Assembly (NCBI GenBank): GCA_965219345.1
Contig: OZ244732.1
Location: forward strand, 1-64,000
Direction of reading: 5' to 3'
DNA length: 64,000 nucleotides
DNA from: Nitrosopumilus sp.
GTDB lineage: Archaea; Thermoproteota; Nitrososphaeria; Nitrososphaerales; Nitrosopumilaceae
Made by a program: the position numbers and the translations under genes. A model generated the notes under the pieces. The model was not told the origin of the DNA. It saw only the letters and a program-made list of their open reading frames with translations, and ran no database searches. Positions within the stretch are counted from its first letter, which is position 1. Each line of letters opens with the position of its first letter. Below, piece by piece: positions 9,848-20,682 of this stretch.

Positions 9848-10306
9848 ATGATTTCTGAAGGAGATCCTGTTCCAAAATTTGAGATAAATGATGCCAATGG
9901 TAACAAAATAAAATCTACTGATTTCAAGGGCAAAAAACATGCCATTTACTTTTATCCAAAAGATTTCACACCAGGATGTACCATAGAAGCTGATGAATTT
10001 TCAAGAGACTATAAAAAATTCCAAAAAGAAGGAATTGAAATTATAGGTATTAGTCCAGATGATGTTGACTCTCACAAAAAATTTTGTGAGAAAATGCGAA
10101 TCAAATATCCACTTTTAGCAGACGTAGACAAGAAGGTTTCAAAGATGTTTGGTGTTTGGGGTAAGAAGAAATTCATGGGTAGAGAGTATATGGGTGTTAT
10201 GCGAAGTACATTTCTTGTAGATAAGAAAGGAAAGATTTTCAAAATTTATCCCAAGGTAAAGGCAGCAGGACATTCAAAAGATGTTCTACAGGATTTCCTA
10301 AATTAA
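9848..10306 (+). CDS. bcp: Peroxiredoxin, BCP/PrxQ type
   Basis: YFYPKDFTPGCTIEA active-site motif. Confidence 0.93.
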   Translation: MISEGDPVPKFEINDANGNKIKSTDFKGKKHAIYFYPKDFTPGCTIEADEFSRDYKKFQKEGIEIIGISPDDVDSHKKFCEKMRIKYPLLADVDKKVSKMFGVWGKKKFMGREYMGVMRSTFLVDKKGKIFKIYPKVKAAGHSKDVLQDFLN

Positions 10307-10339
10307 AATTAAAAATAAGGAAAAGTTCGGAGTAAAAGA

Positions 10340-11128
10340 TTAGAAACCTTTTGGAAGTGTGCCTTTAGAAGATTGAGAACCACTTGATTGAGATTCTGTT
10401 TGACGCTTTGCTCTTAGCTCTGTAGCTGCTCTCATCAATTCTTCTTCCTCTCTTTGTTTATCAGCTAATCTATTCATGTACTCAGCTTCATATGCTTCTA
10501 ATGATTGTTGTTTTGAGCTTCCTGCATTACCGCTGGAGCTAGATTGTGGAGGAGGTGCTTGTTGTGTTACCTCAGCTGGTTTTGGTGGTTCTGGTGCTTG
10601 TGCTTTTATCTCAACACCTTCAACACTCAAATTTACACCACTAAAGCTTCCAAATGTTTTACCTGGTGGACTGTATGCTAATCTTTGTCTTGTTGCAAAG
10701 TATTGATTTGATGGTTGTGTATAACCTGTAACCTTTGCTTTTTGGTCGTTCCAGTTTGATGTTGGAACTGTTCCCACAGGGGCATGTAGTCTCACAAAGT
10801 ATCTGTTTGCAGCTGGAGCATAGCCTGTAACCTTTGTTCTGTAATCATGGAAAGAAGTCATTTCGGCATTGTAATATGCATCTTCTAATGCTGCTTGGAA
10901 TGTTACTGGAGGTCGTGTAGTTGTTTCAGCTGGTTTAGGAGCTTTTGCTGGTTTTGGAGCTGGTTTAGGAGCTTTTGCTGGTTTTGGAGCTGGTTTAGGA
11001 GCTTTTGCTGGTTTTGGAGCTTCTGCCGGTTTTGATTCCAGTTTAGCAGAAAGTTTGTTTAGCTTTGCTTCTAATGCGGCAATTTTAGATTCTAGATCTT
11101 TTTTAGTTTGCTTTTTAGCAGTTGCCAT
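10340..11128 (-). CDS. Low-complexity protein with N-terminal coiled coil, PKPA repeats and a duplicated KVTGY motif
   Basis: 262 aa ORF. Contains (PKPAKAPKPA)x3, KVTGYAPAANRYF and KVTGYTQPSNQYF. Confidence 0.8.
   Translation of the reverse strand: MATAKKQTKKDLESKIAALEAKLNKLSAKLESKPAEAPKPAKAPKPAPKPAKAPKPAPKPAKAPKPAETTTRPPVTFQAALEDAYYNAEMTSFHDYRTKVTGYAPAANRYFVRLHAPVGTVPTSNWNDQKAKVTGYTQPSNQYFATRQRLAYSPPGKTFGSFSGVNLSVEGVEIKAQAPEPPKPAEVTQQAPPPQSSSSGNAGSSKQQSLEAYEAEYMNRLADKQREEEELMRAATELRAKRQTESQSSGSQSSKGTLPKGF
10928..11021. repeat. Perfect 30 bp tandem repeat x3 (in-frame VNTR)
   Basis: Unit agctggtttaggagcttttgctggttttgg, three exact copies. Confidence 0.95.
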
Positions 11129-11266
11129 TCAATAGTGTAAATATTCCACTGTTTATTTATATTTTGATCAATCCTAGATTTGGGTTTAAATTAATTCGCA
11201 AAAATCCGTAATAATTGGTTAAATTTTCGTCAGATCAAACATAGATTTTGAAAATGATCGAAAAAA

Positions 11267-11458
11267 TCAATCAGGCTCCCAAAACTGCATCACATACATA
11301 CAATTGTTACATCGCCATAGTTTGACATGTATACCATTATCAATATCAGCAACATATGTCCCGTCATCCATCTGAGTGACTTTTGGAAGGTAACTCAATT
11401 CAGAATTTTCAAGCCATTCGTTTTGTTGACAATTAGGGCAGTTAATGCTAGGAGGCAT
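11267..11458 (-). CDS. Small zinc-ribbon protein
   Basis: CPNC...CNNC in 63 aa. Confidence 0.75.
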   Translation of the reverse strand: MPPSINCPNCQQNEWLENSELSYLPKVTQMDDGTYVADIDNGIHVKLWRCNNCMYVMQFWEPD

Positions 11459-11590
11459 ATACAGTATAGAAAATGATCAAAGAAGAATATTACTATTAAA
11501 AATGGGCAATGGGGGATATTTTGAATTAGACAGGCGGATTACTACAAACTAAACCCGATCTTTATATGCACAGATGAGATAATTATTGTA

Positions 11591-11965
11591 ATGGACGATT
11601 TTGAAAAGGAATATCCGGAATTTGACTGGAAGAATACACCAGCATACAAACATCCTGGTGGCAGAAATTGTCCGTGTCCAAAGCATGAATACATCAGAGA
11701 GCAGATCAATTTTACAAAACAAGTAAATCAAAAAGGCAAAGAACCATCCAAAGTCACACTAAAGTTTTGTCCAGATCATTACAAAGTATACATGGAAGAG
11801 GTGATCCCTGCGATGCCACTAAAATACAAAATTCTAACAAAGATTGCTCTCAAACTTGGAGCGATTCAAGTTGAACAGTTAAAGTATATGGAATCAGAAT
11901 TGTGTTTTTACTGCAAGTTTGGTTCTGGTGGTCATGACAAAAAGACTGAACTTCCACCAGTGTAA
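11591..11965 (+). CDS. Cys/His-rich hypothetical protein
   Basis: CPCPKH, FCPDH and CFYC motifs. Confidence 0.75.
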   Translation: MDDFEKEYPEFDWKNTPAYKHPGGRNCPCPKHEYIREQINFTKQVNQKGKEPSKVTLKFCPDHYKVYMEEVIPAMPLKYKILTKIALKLGAIQVEQLKYMESELCFYCKFGSGGHDKKTELPPV

Positions 11966-11966
11966 G

Positions 11967-12197
11967 TTACTCAGGGTTTAGCAAAATTTTTGGTTTGTTT
12001 GGAGTGTCATGATGACATCTTTTTCCACACAAAGGACATTTTTTTCGGTCAAGAAATATGCATTGACAGATATGAGAGTCAAGATATGATTTAGCAGACT
12101 GATTTGGCTCGCCTGTTCCATTACAAAATGGACATTGAGAACCAAGTAATTCTATGGTTCCTTTTCCCTTACAAACTACACATTTGTCATTGCCCAA
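11967..12197 (-). CDS. Small DnaJ-type zinc-finger protein
   Basis: CVVCKGKG and CPFCNGTG repeats plus further Cys/His residues. Confidence 0.75.
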   Translation of the reverse strand: MGNDKCVVCKGKGTIELLGSQCPFCNGTGEPNQSAKSYLDSHICQCIFLDRKKCPLCGKRCHHDTPNKPKILLNPE

Positions 12198-12310
12198 TAC
12201 TATTTTTCCTATGAATGAGAACTAAAATACATTTGTTAAAAGAATTTTAAGAAAAATCGCTTTAACATAAATCCAGTTAAGCTTATACTTGAACCAAATT
12301 CATAGGCATT

Positions 12311-13753
12311 GTGCCAATAGAAGACACTCATGAATTTATTAATGAACTAGAAAGGAACGGAGAGTTAAAGCGAGTGAAAACTGAAGTTGACTCTAATTTA
12401 GAAATTGCAGAAATATTGAGGAGAGAAATGTACTCTAACGGTTCTGCAATTCTTTTTGAGAATGTAAAAGAATACAATATTCCAGTATTAGGAAATGCGT
12501 TTGGGTCAATGAAAAGATTAGAGATAGGACTTGAAATGACAGACTTTACTGAAATTGGTCAACGTATTGCAGATATGACCAAGATGGATATTCCATCAGG
12601 TTTTCTAAACAAAATTAAAAAACTTCCAGAACTCTCTAAGATGGCTTCGTCATTTCCTAAAACAGAAACAAATGGACCAGTAACTGAAATAACATCAAGT
12701 GATGCATCTTTTGATGATTTACCAATTCTAAAATCGTGGCCAAATGATGCTGGTCGGTTCATTACTCTAGGATTAGTTGCTACAAAACATCCAGAAACAG
12801 GAGTAAGAAATCTAGGAGTTTACAGAATGCAAATAATTGATAAAACTCATGCATTGATGCACTGGCAGAAACATAAGAGAGGTGCTCACCATGGAGATAT
12901 TTCAAAAGAGAGGGGAGAAAAAATCCCAACTGCTATAATTATTGGAGGAGAACCTGCAACAATATTTTCATCTATTGCACCAGTACCAGAAGGGTTAGAC
13001 AAGTACTTGTTTGCAGGAATTACAAGAAAAGAAGGAATCAAGACTGTAAAATGTAAAACAATTGATTTGGATGTTCCCGCAAATGCTGAGATTGTTTTAG
13101 AAGGATATGTTGATCCAGAAGACATTAGAGATGAAGGACCGTTTGGAGATCATACAGGCTACTACACACCAGTTGAGCCATATCCAACATTTACACTAAC
13201 AGGAATTATGAGAAGAAAAGATCCGATCTATGTTACAACGGTTGTTGGAAAGCCAATCCTTGAAGATGCATATATTGGAAAAGTAATTGAACGATCATTT
13301 TTGCCATTGATTCGAATGCTCCAGCCAGAGGTAGTGGACTATAGCATGCCAGCAGCAGGATGGTTTCAAGGAATAGCAATCATCTCAATCAAAAAGAGGT
13401 ATCCAGGCCAAGCAAAGAAAGTGATGATGGGGTTATGGGGCATGGGACAACTATCTCTAACAAAGACGTTTGTTGTAGTAGATGATGATATCAACGTACA
13501 TGACATGAATGATGTTATTTGGGCAATTACTACAAGAGCAGATGCAGTAAGAGATACAGTAATTATCAATAACACCCCAACTGATACTCTTGATCCTGCA
13601 TCACCACTTGTCAACCTAGGTTCTAAGATGGGAATAGATGCAACACAAAAAACCAAAGAAGAAGGATATGAAAGAGAAATTCAACAATTAGTAAAAGTTG
13701 ATGATAAAACAAAAAATCTAGTTGATTCTAAGTGGTCTGATTATGGACTATGA
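12311..13753 (+). CDS. ubiD: UbiD-family decarboxylase (menaquinone biosynthesis)
   Basis: NLGVYRMQ and EGPFGDHTGYY motifs; convergent with mqnC. Confidence 0.92.
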   Translation: MPIEDTHEFINELERNGELKRVKTEVDSNLEIAEILRREMYSNGSAILFENVKEYNIPVLGNAFGSMKRLEIGLEMTDFTEIGQRIADMTKMDIPSGFLNKIKKLPELSKMASSFPKTETNGPVTEITSSDASFDDLPILKSWPNDAGRFITLGLVATKHPETGVRNLGVYRMQIIDKTHALMHWQKHKRGAHHGDISKERGEKIPTAIIIGGEPATIFSSIAPVPEGLDKYLFAGITRKEGIKTVKCKTIDLDVPANAEIVLEGYVDPEDIRDEGPFGDHTGYYTPVEPYPTFTLTGIMRRKDPIYVTTVVGKPILEDAYIGKVIERSFLPLIRMLQPEVVDYSMPAAGWFQGIAIISIKKRYPGQAKKVMMGLWGMGQLSLTKTFVVVDDDINVHDMNDVIWAITTRADAVRDTVIINNTPTDTLDPASPLVNLGSKMGIDATQKTKEEGYEREIQQLVKVDDKTKNLVDSKWSDYGL

Positions 13754-14866
13754 CATATTAACAGGATTGTAGAAATTATCTCTCTCTTCTACCTGATAGC
13801 CTATCTGATGAATGGCATCGATGATTTTTTTATCTGTTAGTTCAGTTGAACGCGCACCAGTACATGAAACAACTTCTTCTCCAATTAGTGTACCACCAAA
13901 ATCATCAGCACCATATTGCAAGGCAAGTTGAGCCATGCCGACTCCATTTGTCAACCAAGAAGACTGAATGTGAGGAATTAAGCCATCAAAGACAAGTCTT
14001 GAGATTGCAATCATCTTCAAAAGTTGAACTCCACCAGTTCCATATTCAACCAAGCCTTCTTCATGCATCAAAGTATTGATTGGTTCAAAATTCCATGGGA
14101 TGAAGGCCATGAAACCTTTTGTTTTTTCTTGAAGTTTCACAATTTTGAAAAAGTGTTCAACAATATCATTTTTATTTTCTACGTGACCATACATCATAGT
14201 TGCAGAAGCTGGCAGTCCAAGTGAATGTGCTTCATCCATTATTCTAATCCAATCAGCACTAGAAATTTTCTTAGGACTAATAACATCTTTGACTGAATCA
14301 ACTAAGATTTCAGCTCCCGCTCCAGGTACTGATTGTAAACCAGCATCCTTTAGCCTTGACAAGATTTCTTTTGTAGAGGATTTTTCAACTTTTGCAATCA
14401 TATCAATTTCAGATGTAGATAATCCATGAACTCCAACTTGTGGAAACTTCTCTCGAACCATTCTGAATGCGTCTTCATAATACTCGATTGTCAAGTTTGG
14501 ATTGTGTCCACCTTGAATCAAAACTTGACGGATCTTAAACAAATCCCACGAAGTCTTTACTCTAGATTCAATTTGATCTAGTGATAACGTGTAAGAGTCT
14601 TCAGCACCAGGAGATCTATAAAATGCACAAAACTTGCAATCAGTGATACAGACATTGGTATAATTCAAAATAATATTATTCACAAAAGATACTTTTTTGC
14701 CAAATCGTTTTCTTACTAGATGCCCAGAAACAAGTCCCATAAGATGAACATCATCAGACTCTAATAGTCTCAAGCAATCTTCAGGTTCAGGTCTTTTACC
14801 ATTAAGAGAGTTGTCTAAAATATCTTTGATGTCGCTTTTTTGTATCTGTTCAGTGGTTTGGCTCAA
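13748..14866 (-). CDS. mqnC: Radical SAM cyclic dehypoxanthine futalosine synthase (CofH/MqnC family)
   Basis: NYTNVCITDCKFCAF, PGAGAEIL, ATMMYGH, GADDFGGT. Confidence 0.85.
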   Translation of the reverse strand: MSQTTEQIQKSDIKDILDNSLNGKRPEPEDCLRLLESDDVHLMGLVSGHLVRKRFGKKVSFVNNIILNYTNVCITDCKFCAFYRSPGAEDSYTLSLDQIESRVKTSWDLFKIRQVLIQGGHNPNLTIEYYEDAFRMVREKFPQVGVHGLSTSEIDMIAKVEKSSTKEILSRLKDAGLQSVPGAGAEILVDSVKDVISPKKISSADWIRIMDEAHSLGLPASATMMYGHVENKNDIVEHFFKIVKLQEKTKGFMAFIPWNFEPINTLMHEEGLVEYGTGGVQLLKMIAISRLVFDGLIPHIQSSWLTNGVGMAQLALQYGADDFGGTLIGEEVVSCTGARSTELTDKKIIDAIHQIGYQVEERDNFYNPVNMS

Positions 14867-15000
14867 TTGTTATTCATCTTTTTTAATTTCTATTTAATTC
14901 TTGATGGAAAAATGAACAAAAAAGAATAAAAACAAATGAATGATTTGGGCTCAATTCTAGATGAACCTGAGTTCAATAATTCACGTTATTTTTAAGTAGG

Positions 15001-15804
15001 GTGCAAAAAGTAGATCAACACATGGTATCCGCTAGTCAGATTAGACTTAATCGAATTCTTAAAAAAGGAAGAATGCTTTGCATTCCAATGGATCATGGTA
15101 TTTCAAATGGACCTATTGAGGGTCTTGAAGACCCCGCTTCTATAATTTACAAATGTGAAGGACATGGTCTCACAAGTGTAATCATCAACAAAGGAATTCT
15201 TAAAACATTACCTAAACCAACTAGTGTTGGCATTTTAGTTCATTTTTCAAGTAGTACTTCACTATCATTATCACCTAATCGTAAGATGCTAACAGGCACA
15301 GTGCAAGAAGCTATAGCATTGGGAGCAGATGGTGTTTCATTACACATCAATATTGGTGGAAAAGAAGAGCCAGAGATGTTAGAACAACTTGGGAAAACTG
15401 CTGAACAATGTCATAGATGGGGAATGCCATTATTGGCAATGATGTACCCAAGAGGCGAAAATATCAAGGACCCACATGATCCTGAAATTGTTGGACATGT
15501 TGCAAGAATGGGAGCAGAGTGCGGTGCAGATATTGTTAAAACATTATACACTGGAGATATAGATTCCTTTGCCAAAATTGTAAAGAGCACACCAGTCCCA
15601 ATTGTTATTGCAGGTGGACCTAAAGCAAAAACTGATTTAGATATTCTTCAAATGACTGAAGATGTTATGGCTGCAGGAGCTAAAGGCGTCACATATGGTA
15701 GAAACATCTTTGCACACAAAGCACCTGAAAAAATGGTAGAGGCATTAGCTCAAATAATTTTCAGGAAAGGAACAGCAAAGGAAGCATTGAAGAAAATTGA
15801 GTAA
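15001..15804 (+). CDS. 2-amino-3,7-dideoxy-D-threo-hept-6-ulosonate synthase (DhnA-family aldolase, archaeal aroA')
   Basis: PMDHG, AMMYPRG, GADIVKT and AGGPK motifs; first gene of the shikimate operon. Confidence 0.88.
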   Translation: MQKVDQHMVSASQIRLNRILKKGRMLCIPMDHGISNGPIEGLEDPASIIYKCEGHGLTSVIINKGILKTLPKPTSVGILVHFSSSTSLSLSPNRKMLTGTVQEAIALGADGVSLHINIGGKEEPEMLEQLGKTAEQCHRWGMPLLAMMYPRGENIKDPHDPEIVGHVARMGAECGADIVKTLYTGDIDSFAKIVKSTPVPIVIAGGPKAKTDLDILQMTEDVMAAGAKGVTYGRNIFAHKAPEKMVEALAQIIFRKGTAKEALKKIE

Positions 15805-16858
15805 AACAAGAGAACTAATTATTACACCTAAGGTGTCTCAGGCACAATTAACCAAATTCCTTCATCAATTAGAAGCTGAAGGAATTATGATGGTGTATGT
15901 TGACCCCAAAAAACTAGGTAAGAAAAAAACAAAACTACAAACAGTTTTTCCTTCAAATGCTGCAAAGTATGTAGTTCTTGAAAAAGAAGGAGCATCCAAG
16001 CCTAAAGGCAAGAAAGTAGGAAGGAAATTCAAAGTATTATCAAATTCAGATATTGAAAATGTTCTTTCTGCTGCAAAAAAGGGACTAGACTTTGTCATAG
16101 TAGAAGTAAAAGATTGGAAAATTATTCCTCTTGAAAATATTATTGCCAAACTCCATAAAATACATACCAAAATTTTTGCAATTGCGAGAACACCAAAAGA
16201 AGTAAGAAAAATGTTTTCGATTTTAGAGGTAGGGGTTGATGGAGTAATCTTTACCACATCATCAATTAATGAAGTAAGAGAAGCAATGCTATATCTAGGA
16301 ACCAAAAATTTTGAGATGAGTCCTGCAAAGATTATTGAGATAAAAGAAGTAGGAGATGGCGAACGTGTTTGTGTAGATACAGCTTCAATGCTTCACAAAG
16401 GAGAAGGGATGTTAATTGGTAGTAGATCTAACTTTTTGTTTTTAGTTCACAACGAATCAGTAGGATCATCATTTACATCTCCAAGACCATTTAGGGTAAA
16501 TGCAGGTGCAGTTCATTGCTATACTCTTGCACCAGATGGTACAACAAACTATCTTTCAGAAGTTGAAACAGGTTCTGAAGTGTTAATTCTCAATTCCAAG
16601 GGAAAGGCAAGAAGAGCGACTGTTGGAAGATCAAAGATTGAACGAAGACCAATGTTAATGATCAAAGCATCCGCGGGAGGAGAGATAGGTGGAATTATTG
16701 CACAAGATGCCGAAACAATTCGTTTTGTAAAATCAAATGGACAACTAGTATCAGTTACACATCTAAAGAAGGGAGATACGATTATGGTGCATGCAAAACC
16801 TGCAATTGGTAGACATTTCGGAATGGAAGTTTCAGACGAATACATATTAGAAAAATAA
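15797..16858 (+). CDS. 3-dehydroquinate synthase II (archaeal aroB')
   Basis: DWKIIPLEN, RVCVDT, RPFRVNAGAVH, RHFG. Confidence 0.92.
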   Translation: MSKTRELIITPKVSQAQLTKFLHQLEAEGIMMVYVDPKKLGKKKTKLQTVFPSNAAKYVVLEKEGASKPKGKKVGRKFKVLSNSDIENVLSAAKKGLDFVIVEVKDWKIIPLENIIAKLHKIHTKIFAIARTPKEVRKMFSILEVGVDGVIFTTSSINEVREAMLYLGTKNFEMSPAKIIEIKEVGDGERVCVDTASMLHKGEGMLIGSRSNFLFLVHNESVGSSFTSPRPFRVNAGAVHCYTLAPDGTTNYLSEVETGSEVLILNSKGKARRATVGRSKIERRPMLMIKASAGGEIGGIIAQDAETIRFVKSNGQLVSVTHLKKGDTIMVHAKPAIGRHFGMEVSDEYILEK

Positions 16859-16859
16859 A

Positions 16860-17531
16860 ATGAAATACAAGACTTGCGTATCCGTTGCAGAAAAAACCCC
16901 ATACAAAGTAAAACAGGTACTAAAAATTGCGCTAAAAAAATCAGATTATGCAGAAATTAGGTTTGATTTTTTAAAGATTGAACAAATTCCAGAGACATTA
17001 GAGATAATTAAAAAAGATCTAAACAAAATTGTTTGTACTCTAAGACCTAAAACAGAAGGTGGAAAATTTCCAGGAAATGAAAAAGAACGAATTGCCATTC
17101 TAAAACTAATTGCCGAATACAACCCTTTCTTATTAGATGTAGAATTTAATACGTTAAAGAGAAATACATCATTGGTAAGATATCTAAAATCAACAAAGAC
17201 AAAATTACTTGTGTCATGGCATGACTTTAGGAAAACTCCGAGTTCTGCAGAACTAAAAAAGAAAATAAATCAAATGGCCAAGTTCTCATTTAATGTAAAA
17301 ATTGTAAGTACTGCAAAATCAACTGATGATTCTAACAGAATGCTTGAGTTATACAGTAAAAAAGGAAGAAATAATTTGATATCATTTGCAATGGGTGATT
17401 TAGGTAGAATTTCAAGAATTTTGTGCCTGTATTTGGGCAGTCCATACACATATGTCTCATTAGGGAAGCCAGTTGCACCAGGGCAGTTCAGCGTTGACGA
17501 AGTTAAGAAAATTACAAATCTAAAAAAATAA
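16860..17531 (+). CDS. aroD: Type I 3-dehydroquinate dehydratase
   Basis: EIRFD, SWHDF and APGQ motifs. Confidence 0.92.
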   Translation: MKYKTCVSVAEKTPYKVKQVLKIALKKSDYAEIRFDFLKIEQIPETLEIIKKDLNKIVCTLRPKTEGGKFPGNEKERIAILKLIAEYNPFLLDVEFNTLKRNTSLVRYLKSTKTKLLVSWHDFRKTPSSAELKKKINQMAKFSFNVKIVSTAKSTDDSNRMLELYSKKGRNNLISFAMGDLGRISRILCLYLGSPYTYVSLGKPVAPGQFSVDEVKKITNLKK

Positions 17532-17580
17532 CCGATTAACAGTTGAGAGTTTAAATCAATCATTTACTCAGAAAAATAAG

Positions 17581-18402
17581 ATGAGAAAAACATTTGCAGT
17601 AATTGGAGATCCAATTGATCATTCATTGTCTCCAAATATTCACAGTGCAGTATTTAGAGAATTGAATTTAGATTGTTCATATATTGCTTATAGAATTCCC
17701 AAAGGGGAATTAGAAGATGGGGTTGAAGGGTTGAAAAAAATTAAGGTCGATGGATTCAATGTTACTATCCCTCACAAAGTTGAGATGATGAAGTATCTTG
17801 ATAAAATTGATAAATCAGCCAGTCTGATTGGAGCAGTTAATACTGTTACATACAAAGACGGCATCCTTAAAGGATACAATACAGATATGGATGGGTTTCT
17901 AGAACCTTTCAAGAAAAAGGAATTGAATATTACAAATACCAAGGTACTTCTTCTTGGATCGGGAGGAGCTGCAAGAGCAATAGTTGCAGGGTTTGCAAAA
18001 GAGAAAGCAAATAGTATAACCATTGCAAACAGAACACTAGAAAATGCCAATAGTCTTTCAGAGTTTGCAAAAAAAATAGGATTAGATGCCAATGCAATCA
18101 AAATTGAAGATGTTAATGATGTGATAAAAGATTATGACATTATTGTTAATGCTACGTCGGTCGGTCTAAAGAATGAATCAAGTCTAATTTCCTTAGAAGG
18201 TATCAATGAAAAAACAATTGTGTATGATATTGTATACATGCCAATGAATACAGATTTCATCAAAAAAGCAAAAGAAAATGGGGCAATCATTATTTTTGGA
18301 TACGAGATGCTCTTAGGTCAAGCAGTGAGATCCTTTGAGATTTGGCATGACATGGAAGCACCTTATAATGTAATGAAAAAAGCATTGTTGGGAGGATTTT
18401 GA
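17581..18402 (+). CDS. aroE: Shikimate dehydrogenase
   Basis: HSLSP, NVTIPHK, GAVNT, NTD, GSGGAARA. Confidence 0.95.
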   Translation: MRKTFAVIGDPIDHSLSPNIHSAVFRELNLDCSYIAYRIPKGELEDGVEGLKKIKVDGFNVTIPHKVEMMKYLDKIDKSASLIGAVNTVTYKDGILKGYNTDMDGFLEPFKKKELNITNTKVLLLGSGGAARAIVAGFAKEKANSITIANRTLENANSLSEFAKKIGLDANAIKIEDVNDVIKDYDIIVNATSVGLKNESSLISLEGINEKTIVYDIVYMPMNTDFIKKAKENGAIIIFGYEMLLGQAVRSFEIWHDMEAPYNVMKKALLGGF

Positions 18403-19256
18403 TGGCAAAAGCAAAGGCCACAGTACATGGGGCAATTTCCCTTGTAAATGCGATTGCAATCAAAAAAGGTGCAACTTTAGGAATTGCATTAAAAGTAGAA
18501 GCAACAGTTGAGACCAGTTCTGGGAAGGGAATCATAATCAAATCTAAAAATAAAAGCCTCAGTTCTCGCTTAATCAATAAAACTGTTGAAAAAATTGTTT
18601 CAAAGAAAGATTTGGAACAGAACAAAATTACAATTACACTTGATTCGGAAATTCCAACTGGATATGGGCTCAAAAGTTCAAGTGCTATCTCATCTGCAAT
18701 AGCACTAGCATGTGCAAAGATATTCAAACCTAAATTTACTGATCAGCAAATTTTACTTGCAGGAGTTGATGCATCAATTGAATCCAAAGTAAGCATCACA
18801 GGGGCATTTGATGATGCATGTTCGTGTTACTATGGAGGATTCAATGTCACTGATAATGCAAAGAAAAAACGAGTTCATTTTGAAAAAGGTCCAACCAATT
18901 TAGTCGTAGTGATCTTTATTCCCAAAAATAGAAAAAGAGGAAATCTAAAAAATCTTAAACCTCTTTCGTCTGTATTTGAAAAAGCATGGGGTTTGGCAAA
19001 AAAAACAAATTATTGGGAAGCGATGATCATTAATGGGTTAACAACTGCATCCATCCTAAATTCAGATCCTGAAATCATTACAAGTTTAATAGAAAAAGGT
19101 GCACTTGGGGCATCAGTTTCTGGGAATGGGCCTGCAGTTGCAGCAATAACAAAAAAAGAAAATGAAATAAAAATAAAAAAAGTATTTTCAACACTAGAAG
19201 GAAACGTAATTGTTTCAAAAGTTAGTAACAAAAAGGCTGAAGTTCATGAATTGTAA
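18399..19256 (+). CDS. aroK: Archaeal shikimate kinase (GHMP family)
   Basis: IPTGYGLKSSSA, SITGAFDD, SGNGP. Confidence 0.93.
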   Translation: MMAKAKATVHGAISLVNAIAIKKGATLGIALKVEATVETSSGKGIIIKSKNKSLSSRLINKTVEKIVSKKDLEQNKITITLDSEIPTGYGLKSSSAISSAIALACAKIFKPKFTDQQILLAGVDASIESKVSITGAFDDACSCYYGGFNVTDNAKKKRVHFEKGPTNLVVVIFIPKNRKRGNLKNLKPLSSVFEKAWGLAKKTNYWEAMIINGLTTASILNSDPEIITSLIEKGALGASVSGNGPAVAAITKKENEIKIKKVFSTLEGNVIVSKVSNKKAEVHEL

Positions 19257-20514
19257 AGTTGGAAAATCAAAGATTTCAGGACATGTGGTTTGTCCTCCAA
19301 ATAAGAGCTACACACATAGAGCAATTTTTCTTGCATCGCTTGCAGGCAATAACAGTAGAGTGGATAATGTCTTGCTATCAGCAGACACCATTTCAACAAT
19401 TGAGGCTTGCAAAAAATTTGGGGCAGAGATTGAAATCGAAAATTCATCAATTATTGTCAAAAATCCAATTACATTTGGTGCAAATGTGCCTGAGATTAAT
19501 GCAGAAAACTCTGGAACAACAATTAGAATTGCTTCAGGTATTGCCAGCCTATTTTCTGAAGAGACCGTTTTAACAGGAGATTCTAGTTTACAAAAAAGAC
19601 CTATGCAGCCTCTCTTAGATGCATTATCAAGTATAGGTGCACAGTGTGGTTCAACTGATGGAAAACCGCCAATCAAAATTAAAGGAAAAATTTCTGGAGG
19701 TAATGTAACAATTCCAGGAAATTTTTCAAGTCAATTCATTTCTGCATTATTAATCAGTGCACCACTAACAGAGAATGGAATTAATTTAACTATAGAAGGA
19801 AATTTAGTTTCAAAACCATATCTTGATGCAACAATTGCAACAATGAGGAAGTTTGGGGTATCTGTCCAAATATTGATCCCATACAAAAGATACAATGTTG
19901 TACCACAAATCTACAAAAGTACTACATTTACAGTTCCAATTGATTTTTCAAGTCTTGCGTTACTTCTTTCAGCTGCAGTACTTAATGGAGAAGAAATTAC
20001 AATCAAAGGAAGCATGGGGAACTTACCGCATGGAGATGAAGTTTTTATTGATATTTTAGAGGAGTTGGGAGTAAAGGTTACTATCAATAATGAAGAAATT
20101 AAAATCAAATCACCTGAAAAATTGAACGGAGGAAAATTTGACTTGAGTAATTCACCAGACCTTCTTCCTCCTCTTGCAATTTTATCATTAAATTCATCAA
20201 ATCCAATTGAAATAGTAAATGTAAAGCATGCAAGATTAAAAGAAACAGACAGAATTGCAATTATATCAAGAGAAATTGTGAAACTTGGAATCAAAGTTCA
20301 GGAAAAAGAAGATGGATTAATTCTAGAATCATCAGAAAGTCTAATTGGGGCAGAATTGAATTCTGAAAATGATCATAGGTTATTTATGGCATTTTGTATT
20401 GCTGGAATGTACATAGGAGATTGCACTATAACAGATCCAGAATCAGTCAAAATTTCATATCCAAATTTCATGGAAGAGATGAATAGTCTAGGTGCAAAAA
20501 TTCAGGTTCAATGA
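19246..20514 (+). CDS. aroA: EPSP synthase
   Basis: KSYTHRA, NSGTTIR, SSQFISALL, RLKETDRI, DHR. Start placed at ATG 19246. Confidence 0.95.
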   Translation: MNCKVGKSKISGHVVCPPNKSYTHRAIFLASLAGNNSRVDNVLLSADTISTIEACKKFGAEIEIENSSIIVKNPITFGANVPEINAENSGTTIRIASGIASLFSEETVLTGDSSLQKRPMQPLLDALSSIGAQCGSTDGKPPIKIKGKISGGNVTIPGNFSSQFISALLISAPLTENGINLTIEGNLVSKPYLDATIATMRKFGVSVQILIPYKRYNVVPQIYKSTTFTVPIDFSSLALLLSAAVLNGEEITIKGSMGNLPHGDEVFIDILEELGVKVTINNEEIKIKSPEKLNGGKFDLSNSPDLLPPLAILSLNSSNPIEIVNVKHARLKETDRIAIISREIVKLGIKVQEKEDGLILESSESLIGAELNSENDHRLFMAFCIAGMYIGDCTITDPESVKISYPNFMEEMNSLGAKIQVQ

Positions 20515-20682
20515 AACAATTTTCAAAGAAATCAACTAAAAATGGTGAAAGGCATGATCCTAAAATGTTAAAAATCTGAAAATAAATGATGTAAAAAACA
20601 GTGATTTTTGTGCCTATTTTGATCTGAATGTCCTCGGGGTGGTTCTGGGGCACGATTATAAGCATCATTTAGCTTTGATAGT

